Positions 1-9,521 of a stretch of DNA of 64,000 nucleotides are shown piece after piece. The notes below the pieces were generated by a model. That model saw nothing but the letters and a program-made list of their open reading frames with translations. It had not been told where the DNA came from and searched no databases. Origin of the DNA: a virus (lineage: Duplodnaviria; Caudoviricetes); the IMG/VR virus record IMGVR_UViG_3300029288_003882, positions 19,913-83,912 of that record; one strand, given 5' to 3'. Numbering within the stretch: the first letter of the stretch is position 1; every line of letters begins with the position of its first letter. The translations under genes were made by a program, and so were the position numbers.

Positions 1-2469
1 TTCAAAGATTAATGTTAATGCTTCAGTGGGTAAAATTAGAGCCATTATTATGGGCATTAATTCGACAAGTATGGCGACAAGGAAGGAAATATTTGGTACA
101 ACTACTTCATTTATCACTGTTGCAACGAATTCGAATACTGGGGTTAACATACCCAGAACGCCCGTAAGTTCCATTATTATCGGCGTCAAGATTGCACCAA
201 TTATGGGAGCCAATGAATCGAGTAGAGGCTTCAATGCCATTATAACGTTGTTGACTGCACCGAATAGTGGTGTTAACCCAATCAGGACATCACCAAGTGC
301 CGTGAAAATTGGCGTTATCGCTTGAAGGACTACCTGCAAAACGCTCGATACAAATCCCGCAAGCATTTGGATGGCAGGCATCAAAGCCATTATCGGTTGA
401 AATACTGCAGTTATTACCTCTATCAAACCAGAAACGACGGGCAATAATGCCATCATCGGTTTTCCCAGTTGTTCCATAGGAACTGCAAGTTGACCGAGTA
501 AACTGCCCACACTATCAACAACGGGCGCAAGTTGATCGAATATCGGTGTTAACCCAGATGTAGAATCGCCAAACATTGTCATCAATGGCGAACCTTGCAT
601 TAACATTTCGACAATACTTCCGAGTGATGTCACCAATGGATTTATCGCCGTTGCGACACTTGGCAAGATAGTTAAAATACCTTCGAACTTCGGTATTATA
701 GATGTCAATAACGGAAGAACCGATTTAACCACCGGTATAAACATATTACCTATTTCAATCTCTAAATCTTGCCAACCTTTTTTCGTTTGTTGCAATGATA
801 AGTCCATTGTACCGCTCATGATATCTGCAGTTGATTGAGTTGCACCTTGAGACGTTGTTAATGCGGTTGTAAATGCTCCCAAGGCATCCGAACCTTGCGA
901 TTTCAAAGACAACATTGCAGAAGCACCACGGGCTCCAAATAGTTCGATCATATCAGCAGAGGAAATACCGGATGTTTCAAGTTGCTTTATTATTTCGGTA
1001 AGACTAACGACGCCTGTTACCCCGTTTTGCATTGCAGCCGTTAAGTCTTTTACCTTTTGTTCCTGCAATGCTAACTGGTCAGAATTTTGTTGTTGTGCAA
1101 TAGAATTTTCCTGCAACTTCAAAGTTAATTGGTCACGTTGGGCACCTAATGCAAGATTCGACGCTTGCAACGTTTCAATAGCCGATATTTCAGAAGCAGC
1201 GGCTTCTTTGATTTGTGCGGCTTTATCCGCTTCGAGCTTCTTAATGTTGTTACCAAGTTCTTCCTGTTGTATCCCTGCCTTCTCTCTTTGTATCGTTAGT
1301 TCGTCATTCGCTTCCTCAAGTTGTTTAATCCTTGATTGTTCCTGTTCGGTCAGGTCACGTCCTTCTCTATCGGCTTGTTGACGTATTTCCATAACTTCGA
1401 GATTGTTTTTCTTCATATCGAGCGAAAACGCAGACATAGAATCCTGGAGACCAAGCATGTCGCTTCTTAAACTGGCGATCTGGTCATCCCAAGCCGAATA
1501 CATACCACTTATCGTGTTTATCGCTTCTTGGTGGATTTGTATTTGCTGATTGTTTGCACCTATGGTAAAATTTATGCCCGCCATTTCGTCATTGATAGAT
1601 TTGGTACTCGATTCTAACGACGCTTGTTCTGATTGCAAGGCATTCAAGATAGGAATCTGAGACTTCAAAGATTCTTTTGCGTTTTCGCCTTCGATTGTGA
1701 AAGTATTAAATTCAAGTCCTAACCGTGTCATTGTCGATATTGCTTCTGTGGAGGGGTCTAATAATTGCGACAACGATAATCTTAAACCTGACGAAGCGGT
1801 GGAAACGTCCATACCAGAGTTAGCCAACGTCGATAAAGCAGCCGTCACCTCTTCAAAGGATATCCCAGCCGCCGTTGTGATCGGGGCTATTGCCGATAAT
1901 GCATCGCCCAATCCTTCCATTGTGAGGTCAGAATTTATTACCGCATAAGTCATAATATCTGATACTCGTGCTGCTTCTGCGGTTTTAAATCCGTATAAAT
2001 CCATAGCATTGTCTAATATCATAGTTGCGGTATTTAGGTCGGTCATTGATGCTCTTGCCAATAACGCCGATTGTGCCGTAAGCGTCATTATATCATTTGC
2101 ATTTTGACCACTTTTACCAAATATTATCATAGAATTGGAAACATCTTTGAAGGCGAACTCGGTATTTTTTGCCAAATCTCTTGCGCTTGTTTGCAATGCG
2201 TCGAACTCTTCCTCGGTCGCACCGCTCACTGCTTTGACTTTTACCATCTCACGTTCGAAGTCGGAGGCTGCCGTTATCGACGCTTTACTAAATGCAACGC
2301 CCGCCATTACTGCAGCCGCCGCAATCGCAACACCTGCCGAAGCAATCCCAGCGCCTACGCCTGCAACGACACCTTGAAGTCCACCTATCTCGTTCCTTGC
2401 TTGATTGAACGAGTCGGTAAAATCGTTTACGCCTTTTATGGCTATTGCAAGAGTAAGTACCTCGGACAT
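1..2469 (-). CDS. Tail tape measure protein (TP901-type), 3' end runs off the window
   Basis: Not in the ORF track (no stop inside the window). Translated by hand from the ATG at 2469: MSEVLTLAIAIKGVNDFTDSFNQARNEIGGLQGVVAGVGAG...ASDFEREMVKVKAVSGATEEEFDALQTSARDLAKNTEF. This is the classic TP901 TMP N-terminal core. Lies directly downstream of the tail tube and chaperone genes. Confidence 0.93.
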   Translation of the reverse strand, partial: MSEVLTLAIAIKGVNDFTDSFNQARNEIGGLQGVVAGVGAGIASAGVAIAAAAVMAGVAFSKASITAASDFEREMVKVKAVSGATEEEFDALQTSARDLAKNTEFAFKDVSNSMIIFGKSGQNANDIMTLTAQSALLARASMTDLNTATMILDNAMDLYGFKTAEAARVSDIMTYAVINSDLTMEGLGDALSAIAPITTAAGISFEEVTAALSTLANSGMDVSTASSGLRLSLSQLLDPSTEAISTMTRLGLEFNTFTIEGENAKESLKSQIPILNALQSEQASLESSTKSINDEMAGINFTIGANNQQIQIHQEAINTISGMYSAWDDQIASLRSDMLGLQDSMSAFSLDMKKNNLEVMEIRQQADREGRDLTEQEQSRIKQLEEANDELTIQREKAGIQQEELGNNIKKLEADKAAQIKEAAASEISAIETLQASNLALGAQRDQLTLKLQENSIAQQQNSDQLALQEQKVKDLTAAMQNGVTGVVSLTEIIKQLETSGISSADMIELFGARGASAMLSLKSQGSDALGAFTTALTTSQGATQSTADIMSGTMDLSLQQTKKGWQDLEIEIGNMFIPVVKSVLPLLTSIIPKFEGILTILPSVATAINPLVTSLGSIVEMLMQGSPLMTMFGDSTSGLTPIFDQLAPVVDSVGSLLGQLAVPMEQLGKPMMALLPVVSGLIEVITAVFQPIMALMPAIQMLAGFVSSVLQVVLQAITPIFTALGDVLIGLTPLFGAVNNVIMALKPLLDSLAPIIGAILTPIIMELTGVLGMLTPVFEFVATVINEVVVPNISFLVAILVELMPIIMALILPTEALTLIFE

Positions 2470-2477
2470 ATCTTCGC

Positions 2478-2649
2478 CTACATATTGTTCAAATGTTCTT
2501 TGCGATTGCGTTCTGATGTTAGGTGAATCAACGTATTTTTCTCTATTGTGTCAAGTTGATTCCACTCTATTAGATTCAGGTTGTTTTCACGCATTACTTG
2601 GGCGAGGAATTGTCCTTCATCTGACTTGGCGAATTCTCTAATTTTTTTT
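2478..2649 (-). CDS. -1 frameshift extension of the tail assembly chaperone (gpGT-like)
   Basis: Slippery CAA-AAA-AAA at 2642-2649. The -1 frame is open from there: IREFAKSDEGQFLAQVMRENNLNLIEWNQLDTIEKNTLIHLTSERNRKEHLNNM*, with TAG at 2478-2480 just before the TMP start. Confidence 0.75.
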
Positions 2650-3031
2650 GAGTGTTGGTGATCGCTTCGTTTATACGCTTCGCAAGTTGCCCCGTCCTTG
2701 TCGTCGAGAATTTCCTGAACTGCTTCTCGGTAAATTCAAGATTCGGGTTGCCTTTCAACATGCGCCTATACGTGAGCAAAATACCGAACATTTGCCCCTT
2801 AGGTGTGCTTGCATCATTAATAAACCCAGACACCCTTTCAAGGTCGGGGTCTATTTGCAGCATCATAACGTCGTCATTCGAAAGGTCCTTAACGTTCAAC
2901 GTCTTTAAGGGCACCTCTTCGCCCCTTTCGTTGATAGACTTGAAGCCAAGATCTTCCACATTGACTTCGATGACTCGATTAGGAACGTCCAGCTCGACCT
3001 CTATCCAGCTCATTGCCTTTTTTGACGACAT
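2594..3031 (-). CDS. Tail assembly chaperone (gpG-like)
   Basis: 145-aa ORF between tail tube and TMP; carries a slippery A8 run near its 3' end. Confidence 0.75.
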   Translation of the reverse strand: MSSKKAMSWIEVELDVPNRVIEVNVEDLGFKSINERGEEVPLKTLNVKDLSNDDVMMLQIDPDLERVSGFINDASTPKGQMFGILLTYRRMLKGNPNLEFTEKQFRKFSTTRTGQLAKRINEAITNTQKKLENSPSQMKDNSSPK

Positions 3032-3065
3032 TTATACCACGTCCTTATGATGTTGCGACCGTGAT

Positions 3066-3470
3066 TTATGATGAATTATCCGTGGAGGACCAGTTCAACC
3101 CTTCGAAGTCAGCGTTAAGCATCAATGCGCCCTTATCCCCTGCCTTGATGCTCGAACCCAAAGACTTCAAAGAACACCCGGAGCAGGTATAGGTATTGTT
3201 GCCGTCGCCGGGGTCGAAGACGATGAGCTTCTCTTCCTTGTTGTTGAACCAGTCATATAACTGTCCCGTTGTGATGCCCCATGCCTTCGTTATCTTGCCC
3301 GTGACCTTCTTCATCCCAAAGGTATGATCTATTGCAACATTCGAACCCTGCTCGATGTATTTGTCCATGTCGTATTCGAGTTTAAAGTCCGCTTCGACGT
3401 ATCCTTCAATAGAGCCGCCTGTCGTTATCTTGCCCGTAACACCGGTAAATGCATGACCACCAGTTGCCAT
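3066..3470 (-). CDS. Major tail (tube) protein
   Basis: ~134 aa, beta-rich with G/T-rich motifs (KVTGKITKAW, TYTCSGC..KSLG); ATG at 3470 follows an AGGTGA RBS; syntenic upstream of chaperone and TMP. Confidence 0.75.
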   Translation of the reverse strand: MATGGHAFTGVTGKITTGGSIEGYVEADFKLEYDMDKYIEQGSNVAIDHTFGMKKVTGKITKAWGITTGQLYDWFNNKEEKLIVFDPGDGNNTYTCSGCSLKSLGSSIKAGDKGALMLNADFEGLNWSSTDNSS

Positions 3471-3493
3471 ATTTTTCACCTTTTTATTATATC

Positions 3494-3554
3494 ATTAGTG
3501 AAATAAAATCGTTACCAGAATATAAATATATATTGTGTTAAAATTAATACCGTC
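3494..3554 (-). promoter_or_regulatory. Late promoter type A (copy 1)
   Basis: GACGGTATTAATTTTAACACAATATATATTTATATTCTGGTAACGATTTTATTT on the minus strand; near-identical to 23034-23094. Confidence 0.7.
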
Positions 3555-3631
3555 CATTCGCAAGACACCTAAATTATACCGAGAAAGTTTTCACTATGCG
3601 ACGAAGAATTTATGAAACAACTTTTGGTTGT

Positions 3632-4297
3632 TTACTTGGAGGCTTGCTTGCGTCTTTGCAACGCGGCATACTCGGGTGAGGATTTCAATGCACCTTCTAC
3701 CTGTTCCCGAGGCATGTTCCCCTTTATGTATGAAACATAGCATTGAAGACCGCCCGCATCGGGTTCCCTTTCAAGAATCTTCCAATATGCCTTGCGGACG
3801 AATTGTTCTGGCGTCGATTCAGGCAAAGTTCGCCAATCGATCTTGGGCTTCGGAACGGCAGGCTTTGGCGGCGCTTGCACAGGCTTCGGCGCTTGCACGG
3901 GTGCGGGTGCGACCGCTGGTGTGGGTGCGCGGACGGGAGCGGGAGGGGTCACGGGCGCTGTTTTTGGTGCAGGTGCGGGAACGGGCTTGGGGGTGATCAC
4001 CGGCATCGGCGGAGGCGTCGATGACTTCAATATCGGAGGAATCGGCTTCGGAGGTTCTGGCGCTTTTACAGGCGCAGGAGGGACAATGGGTGCGGGTGTG
4101 GGTTCGAGTTGCTTTTGTGCATCAAGAACCGCTTGGCGCAGGTATTTCAAAGTGTTCGATGGATACTTTGTCATGTCGACCTTAGCACCGCGCTTCTCTA
4201 AGTCTTCGACGATTTCAAGAAGTTTGGCTCTCTTTGTCAAGTTCGCAAGGTCTTTCTCGGTATAAATCTTAGGTTGCTTGTCAATCATTTTAACCAC
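3632..4297 (-). CDS. Pro/Ala-rich linker protein with C-terminal DUF4214-like domain
   Basis: C-terminus EQFVRKAYWKILEREPDAGGLQCYVSYIKGNMPREQVEGALKSSPEY matches the DUF4214 pattern; long PAP/PKP linker. Confidence 0.65.
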   Translation of the reverse strand: MVKMIDKQPKIYTEKDLANLTKRAKLLEIVEDLEKRGAKVDMTKYPSNTLKYLRQAVLDAQKQLEPTPAPIVPPAPVKAPEPPKPIPPILKSSTPPPMPVITPKPVPAPAPKTAPVTPPAPVRAPTPAVAPAPVQAPKPVQAPPKPAVPKPKIDWRTLPESTPEQFVRKAYWKILEREPDAGGLQCYVSYIKGNMPREQVEGALKSSPEYAALQRRKQASK

Positions 4298-4330
4298 TAA
4301 CGATATATATACCGTTATAAGTATTTAATT

Positions 4331-5290
4331 TTATTTCTTTGCAATTTCAGAAAAGGTACCAACTTCCTTAGTGATTTTGTCCAGATCAACGTCTTCATTA
4401 TCGAAGACAAAATCACTCAACGGGTGCGCTTTATCGTAATCGACCAAGACGACATCCGCGGCGTTATGTATTTGTTCTATGTAGCCAAAAATAACTTTGG
4501 GGTCGTTGTTGGTTTTCTTCTTAAGGAATGTTATTGCGTCTTCAAAGGACATATTTCGGTCCCGCATTAGGTAATAGATGTGCTTTCGAACTTGATGCAA
4601 TCTATTCCTACAAAAGCCATAATGATACACCGAAATCACGGGGTCGCTTTCCTTCGCAATCTTTCCAACTAAGTTAAACTTGTATGCGTCGCCCTCCTTC
4701 AAGTCAAGGTATAGTTTCCTGTCTTTGTAGTATTGATTAAAGAAAGTATCACGATTGTCCCCGTCATTTATCGTTGGATGATTGACATAATACATATATT
4801 CCTGATACTTGAAAAACTTTTGGTGACGTTGCATAGTTCGTATGTTACCAGATTCTTTATCTACAAAGATTTTATTTTTATCCCAAAAGTTAATCACCGA
4901 CGGGACAAATTCACCGATTTCTGGATATTCTTTGATAAGTCTTTGAAGTTTTAATCTCATATCGGGGTCATAGAATTCATCTGCACCATATGTAATGCAC
5001 CAATCGCCAGGTTCCACATGATTGAGCATTGCGTTTTGTTGGTCTTGTTTAGATAGCCATTTTCCATCTGGGTCGTTTGTGATTAATACCATCTTATGCT
5101 GGTATTTGTGCAAGTATGCTTTAAGGATTAATAACGTATCGTCGATGGAATGTCCGTCTGGTGTAGTAAACGGATGCCCGATCACCCCGCCTTCCGCGAT
5201 TATCATCTTATCGACAAGCGGAAGATTATAGAGAAGGAATCGTTCTATGATTTCGGCTTCATTCAAGACGCAACAAAGCCCAACTATCAT
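4331..5290 (-). CDS. GT2-like (GT-A) glycosyltransferase
   Basis: N-terminal CVLNEAEIIERFL, HSIDDT, and a DxD-like GADEFY motif; ATG at 5290 overlaps the upstream stop (ATGA). Confidence 0.75.
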   Translation of the reverse strand: MIVGLCCVLNEAEIIERFLLYNLPLVDKMIIAEGGVIGHPFTTPDGHSIDDTLLILKAYLHKYQHKMVLITNDPDGKWLSKQDQQNAMLNHVEPGDWCITYGADEFYDPDMRLKLQRLIKEYPEIGEFVPSVINFWDKNKIFVDKESGNIRTMQRHQKFFKYQEYMYYVNHPTINDGDNRDTFFNQYYKDRKLYLDLKEGDAYKFNLVGKIAKESDPVISVYHYGFCRNRLHQVRKHIYYLMRDRNMSFEDAITFLKKKTNNDPKVIFGYIEQIHNAADVVLVDYDKAHPLSDFVFDNEDVDLDKITKEVGTFSEIAKK

Positions 5291-5412
5291 AGGTGGCACC
5301 CAACGCATACCAGTCCTTTGCAAGACGGGCAGGTAACTTGGTTCGGATTTCCTTTGACGATGATTTTCTCACCGCAATAAGGGCACTCTATAGGTTCGTC
5401 ATGCTTAGCCAA
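5287..5412 (-). CDS. Small Zn-ribbon protein (41 aa, TTG start)
   Basis: Hand-translated MAKHDEPIECPYCGEKIIVKGNPNQVTCPSCKGLVCVGCHL; GGTGA RBS; coupled to both neighbours. Confidence 0.55.
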   Translation of the reverse strand: MAKHDEPIECPYCGEKIIVKGNPNQVTCPSCKGLVCVGCHL

Positions 5413-6043
5413 ATAAATCACCCCATTTTCCGTTTATCATCTTGAACGCTTCGGCATATTTCATAGTTAGGTTCCTTGCGTTCATTCCTCTAAATGAGGA
5501 CAAGGTCTTTATCGCTTGTATGTAATCGAATTTTTCGAGTTGTGATTTGTATATTTTGGCAATTTTAATCTTGAATGCCAACCCGTCTTCGTCGAACGAT
5601 ACATAAAAATTAGGTTCGGGTATTGTCCATTTGTGATGTTCATAAAAGAAGATTGTCGCCTTCGGAAAAGCCCGCATTGCTTCGATGCCTAACTGCGCAT
5701 GATCTTGGTGTAAATCTTCTGGGTGATGAACAACGACGATATCTGGGTTGTATGACTTCTTTAATTTTACCATATCCTCCAATATTTCTTGTCGTTGTTC
5801 GTTGAATCTTCTCACTTGATAGTCATAGAGTTTATGCGTCTTTATTGCTACCAATCGTTGCGCTGTTTCCCATTCCTTGATGGTAGCAGTCGGTTCATAC
5901 CCATTTGGTAAACTTACAATGCAAGGTGAGAAGGTGACATGCATCGTATCGAACTTTTTAGAATCGACCAACTTTTTAGCCATGATCGGGCAGGAAAGTT
6001 CGATGTCGTCTGTATGCGCCGAAATGAATAGAACTTTTCTCAT
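5405..6043 (-). CDS. PIG-L/LmbE-family deacetylase
   Basis: ISAHTDDIELS and HHPEDLHQDH motifs; KIYKSQ and AEAF C-terminal motifs. Confidence 0.88.
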   Translation of the reverse strand: MRKVLFISAHTDDIELSCPIMAKKLVDSKKFDTMHVTFSPCIVSLPNGYEPTATIKEWETAQRLVAIKTHKLYDYQVRRFNEQRQEILEDMVKLKKSYNPDIVVVHHPEDLHQDHAQLGIEAMRAFPKATIFFYEHHKWTIPEPNFYVSFDEDGLAFKIKIAKIYKSQLEKFDYIQAIKTLSSFRGMNARNLTMKYAEAFKMINGKWGDLFG

Positions 6044-7557
6044 TTTACACCTTCGATACATATCTTGTATAGTTCTACGAGTTTATGAATGTGATTCTCC
6101 ATGACGAACTTATGTTTTACCAATGCAACATTCTTCCGCCACGCTTCTAACGTTTCACGGTTCCAACCATTGCTAATTTCACCGCCGATATAATTGCTTT
6201 CGACAATATCACGGTGAGACTTTTGCAAACCGTAATTACACAATACTGGTAATCCTGAAGCGATATAATCCCATAACTTGTTTGTGCAATTTGAGAAAGT
6301 AGATGTTCTTTCTTTGACGCCTACTGGCACATCTGGGATTATACCAAAATCGTATTTCGCCATCCTTTGTATTAGTTCGGCATATGGGAGTTTTTTCTTG
6401 ATATTGTATAATTTGGAAGGCTTTGCAGAGAAGGTGGGATAAACATCTATCTTGGCTCCACGTTTTGCTATTGCGCTAAAATCGTCCGTAGAATCACGAT
6501 ACCCTCCCATTCCGCCTTCGTAAACGCCCCAAAGATATTTATCATTAAGTCTTGGTTCGAATTTTTTAGGTAGTTGCAACGTTGACGGCATCGAATGCAA
6601 GACAATCGATTTATTTATGTCCACGTCGTATTTGCCCATGTAGTAATAGAGCATCGGATATGAAACGTAAACCCTTCCGTCTGATTGCTTGTTGGCGATT
6701 TCTTCCTCTTTCTTGACAAGATCATAATTCCTCGAATAAGGTTTTAAATAACCCAATTCGTGGCTATCGTGAATGACGCTTATATCATACTTCTTTCTCA
6801 ATTGTATTGCCGTTAAAGCCTGTTCGTCTGGAAAGTTATGACAATGTATAACGTTTATGTTATTTATTTCTACATGTTTCGCCATCGTGGGTCCGTCCAT
6901 CGATGTATTGTAAATTGTAATTCCAGGAATTGTGATGTTGTCGGGTGTATATCTTGATATTATCACTATTTTGCCCACATGGGACTTTAATGCGAGAGCC
7001 TCTTTTATCGCCCGTGTGCATAGTGAATTTTCCACCATTAATACGTTTATTTCTTTTGAATTATTTATTTTCTTAGGTGTTTTTTCTCTTATGACCTCTT
7101 CGATGACTTCCTTTATTTGTTGTGGTTGTGGTTGTGGTTGAATAATAGGTAATATTTGCACAGGTTTAGGCTTTTCTGGTTCGATGCATTCAATCGATAC
7201 ACAATCAATTAATACACGGCTTACAGTGTCCTCAACCCATAATCTGACAAATGCTTCATACGGCATATCCAGATCAGGACATTTTAAATCTATTGACACG
7301 GATAAAAAAGAATCTTCGCATTTCAAGGTAACTATTTTATGGGCGAAATCCATATCTGTGTTTCTATAAAGATTTGCAATCACTCGGGCGCCGTTGATGT
7401 TGCATTTATAATTGAACTTCATGCGATACGTGATGCCCGATATTAACAGAACAGAAAATTGCATCGGCGAGGAACCGTTCCTCAACAATGTACCTTTATG
7501 ATGTTCCACGAATTTCTGGAATAATGAATTGTATCCTATTAATTCGTTTTGGTGCAT
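6040..7557 (-). CDS. GT4-like (GT-B) glycosyltransferase with an N-terminal beta-rich accessory domain
   Basis: IHCHNFPD, IHDSHE, YDFGIIP and NKLWDYIASGLPVL (GT-B C-terminal signature). Confidence 0.82.
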   Translation of the reverse strand: MHQNELIGYNSLFQKFVEHHKGTLLRNGSSPMQFSVLLISGITYRMKFNYKCNINGARVIANLYRNTDMDFAHKIVTLKCEDSFLSVSIDLKCPDLDMPYEAFVRLWVEDTVSRVLIDCVSIECIEPEKPKPVQILPIIQPQPQPQQIKEVIEEVIREKTPKKINNSKEINVLMVENSLCTRAIKEALALKSHVGKIVIISRYTPDNITIPGITIYNTSMDGPTMAKHVEINNINVIHCHNFPDEQALTAIQLRKKYDISVIHDSHELGYLKPYSRNYDLVKKEEEIANKQSDGRVYVSYPMLYYYMGKYDVDINKSIVLHSMPSTLQLPKKFEPRLNDKYLWGVYEGGMGGYRDSTDDFSAIAKRGAKIDVYPTFSAKPSKLYNIKKKLPYAELIQRMAKYDFGIIPDVPVGVKERTSTFSNCTNKLWDYIASGLPVLCNYGLQKSHRDIVESNYIGGEISNGWNRETLEAWRKNVALVKHKFVMENHIHKLVELYKICIEGVK

Positions 7558-8231
7558 GGTTTTTCGAAGACGATAACGCAAACGCCTTTTGATTCGAATT
7601 GCTGAAACGTCTTCATACCTCTTTTCTCAAATTCATTTGCCCACCAATTGGGAGAATGAAGACTGAAATGAGAGGGATTTTTATTCTTACCTATCGATAT
7701 TGTGGGTTCGTTTGTTTCTTTTCCTATCGGTGTGCTTACAACAAGAAAGTCCTTGGTTACCCTTATGTGTTCATCTATTGCTTTTGATAGTTGCCCGTCG
7801 TCTTCTGGAATGTGTTCAAGAACTTCCATAGATATGACGAGTTCGAACATATTGTCCTTTATGTTGTTCTTGTCAAGTTCGCAAACGTCGCCTACGAACA
7901 GGTTCTTTATTCCCTCGTTGACGCCACGACCAATCGCATATGCGCTAATGTCTATCCCCATTGCGTCAACCTTTGCGTTCTTTTGCAACGTCTCGACAAG
8001 ATAGCCGACGGCACATCCAAGAACTAAGACATTATTTGGCAATCGTGATTTACCGAACTTCTTACCGAACGTATATCCTGCCATGTCTAAAATTTGGGCG
8101 CATTGTTCGATCTTGAAAGGCAAATATATTTCACGAGTATATCCACCTCGAGGATTGGAAAAGCCATAACTTGACTTCGTATCCTTGGTAAAATATTCTT
8201 CGTCGAAAAAATCAGCTCCGTATCGCTTCAT
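7539..8231 (-). CDS. Class I SAM-dependent methyltransferase
   Basis: VLVLGCAVG, GIDISAYAI and ISMEVLEHIP motifs. Confidence 0.88.
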   Translation of the reverse strand: MKRYGADFFDEEYFTKDTKSSYGFSNPRGGYTREIYLPFKIEQCAQILDMAGYTFGKKFGKSRLPNNVLVLGCAVGYLVETLQKNAKVDAMGIDISAYAIGRGVNEGIKNLFVGDVCELDKNNIKDNMFELVISMEVLEHIPEDDGQLSKAIDEHIRVTKDFLVVSTPIGKETNEPTISIGKNKNPSHFSLHSPNWWANEFEKRGMKTFQQFESKGVCVIVFEKPCTKTN

Positions 8232-9478
8232 TTTTTCACCTCCATACGTTCGTTAGCCGCCTTTCGCAAGATAAAGTTGGCTTCGTTTGCTATGTCGTCC
8301 CACCCAAAGTTCTTCTTTGCAAATCTGAAGGCTGCCTCTCCCATTTTCCGCGTTTCGCTTCTGTTGTCGTATGCATACTGGAAGGCTTTTGCCATTTCGT
8401 CAACGTCAACAATAGCCCTCCGTATGTTGTATTCGCCCATGACGTAATCATTAGGTGGGATTAAAAAGCCTCTATCGTCGCCTACAAGTTCGGCGCTCGA
8501 TGTATAATCGGTGATCACCGCAGGCGTGCCACAAGCCATCGCCTCCACAGTTGGTATTCCGAAGCCTTCGCCACTTGTCGATGACGCATAAACATCAAAC
8601 AAATTATAGAAAGCCGCCAATTGTGAAACGAGAATACCGTCATCGAGTTTATCCGTTTGGTCGATGAACAATACCTTTCCTTGTTCGATCTTCTTTTGCT
8701 TGATGTATTCGTATAGGTTATTTCCTTGCATTGTTCTATTTGCGGGGTCGCCAACTTTCATAAGCATAACGGCGTCTTTCTTATCCTTGGCGAATTTGGC
8801 AAAAGCATCTATTACTTTTGTATGTTGCTTTCTCATACAATTCTTGCCTATGACACCCACGCAAAACGTATCTGGGTTTTTCTTAAAGAAGTTTTGGCGA
8901 TTTTCTTCTCTAAGATTTCTTGCCAGAGGTTTGAAAGTATCCAGATCAACGCCGTGGTATAGATGTGGCATTCCGAAATGTCTTGTCCATCCACCTCGAC
9001 CAAAATCCATAACCGCTTTCGTGACCACATCACGTCCATATTTTGACATTGCGAGAGGTGTATGCGTCTTTTTTATCATATCAAGCCACGGTGTATAGAA
9101 CGGGTCACCATCGACGGGGAAATAGTTCACGTAAGGAACGCCTGCCTCATTACAATAGTCTATCAATCCCTCCGTAAACCAATAATCGATTAGTGAAAAT
9201 GCACAATCGGGTTTAAACGTCTTCAAATAATGCGGGAACTTTTCTGGGAAGGCAGGGTCGAGCATCGACGTTAGCCCGTGGTTCAATTGAAGATATATCC
9301 CACCTTTTCCGTCGCCGTATTCTTGCGGCATTCCGTTGTGTTGCCAACCGACGTGATAACATTTCCAGCCACGTTTCGCAAGACGTGGTAAAAGATTTGC
9401 CATAACGACGCCATATCCCGTTGGCATAAGTGTCGATTCGCTTCCCGATAATAGAGTTAATATTTCTTTGTTCGACAT
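8228..9478 (-). CDS. GT4 family glycosyltransferase
   Basis: TGYGVV, HLYHGVD, EGFGIPTVEAMACGTP motif, and FGWD at the C-terminus. Confidence 0.92.
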   Translation of the reverse strand: MSNKEILTLLSGSESTLMPTGYGVVMANLLPRLAKRGWKCYHVGWQHNGMPQEYGDGKGGIYLQLNHGLTSMLDPAFPEKFPHYLKTFKPDCAFSLIDYWFTEGLIDYCNEAGVPYVNYFPVDGDPFYTPWLDMIKKTHTPLAMSKYGRDVVTKAVMDFGRGGWTRHFGMPHLYHGVDLDTFKPLARNLREENRQNFFKKNPDTFCVGVIGKNCMRKQHTKVIDAFAKFAKDKKDAVMLMKVGDPANRTMQGNNLYEYIKQKKIEQGKVLFIDQTDKLDDGILVSQLAAFYNLFDVYASSTSGEGFGIPTVEAMACGTPAVITDYTSSAELVGDDRGFLIPPNDYVMGEYNIRRAIVDVDEMAKAFQYAYDNRSETRKMGEAAFRFAKKNFGWDDIANEANFILRKAANERMEVKK

Positions 9479-9521
9479 AACAATCAATCTTTGAAGCGAA
9501 TTATTATTATATAAATATTTT

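Noticed and set aside
26-2526. Plus-strand ORFs listed over 1-2.5 kb
   Set aside because: Shadows of the minus-strand tape measure gene, which the track omits because it runs off the edge.
3628-4265. Gly-rich plus-strand ORFs (3792-4265 and others)
   Set aside because: Antisense shadows of the Pro-rich minus-strand gene; no RBS or promoter.
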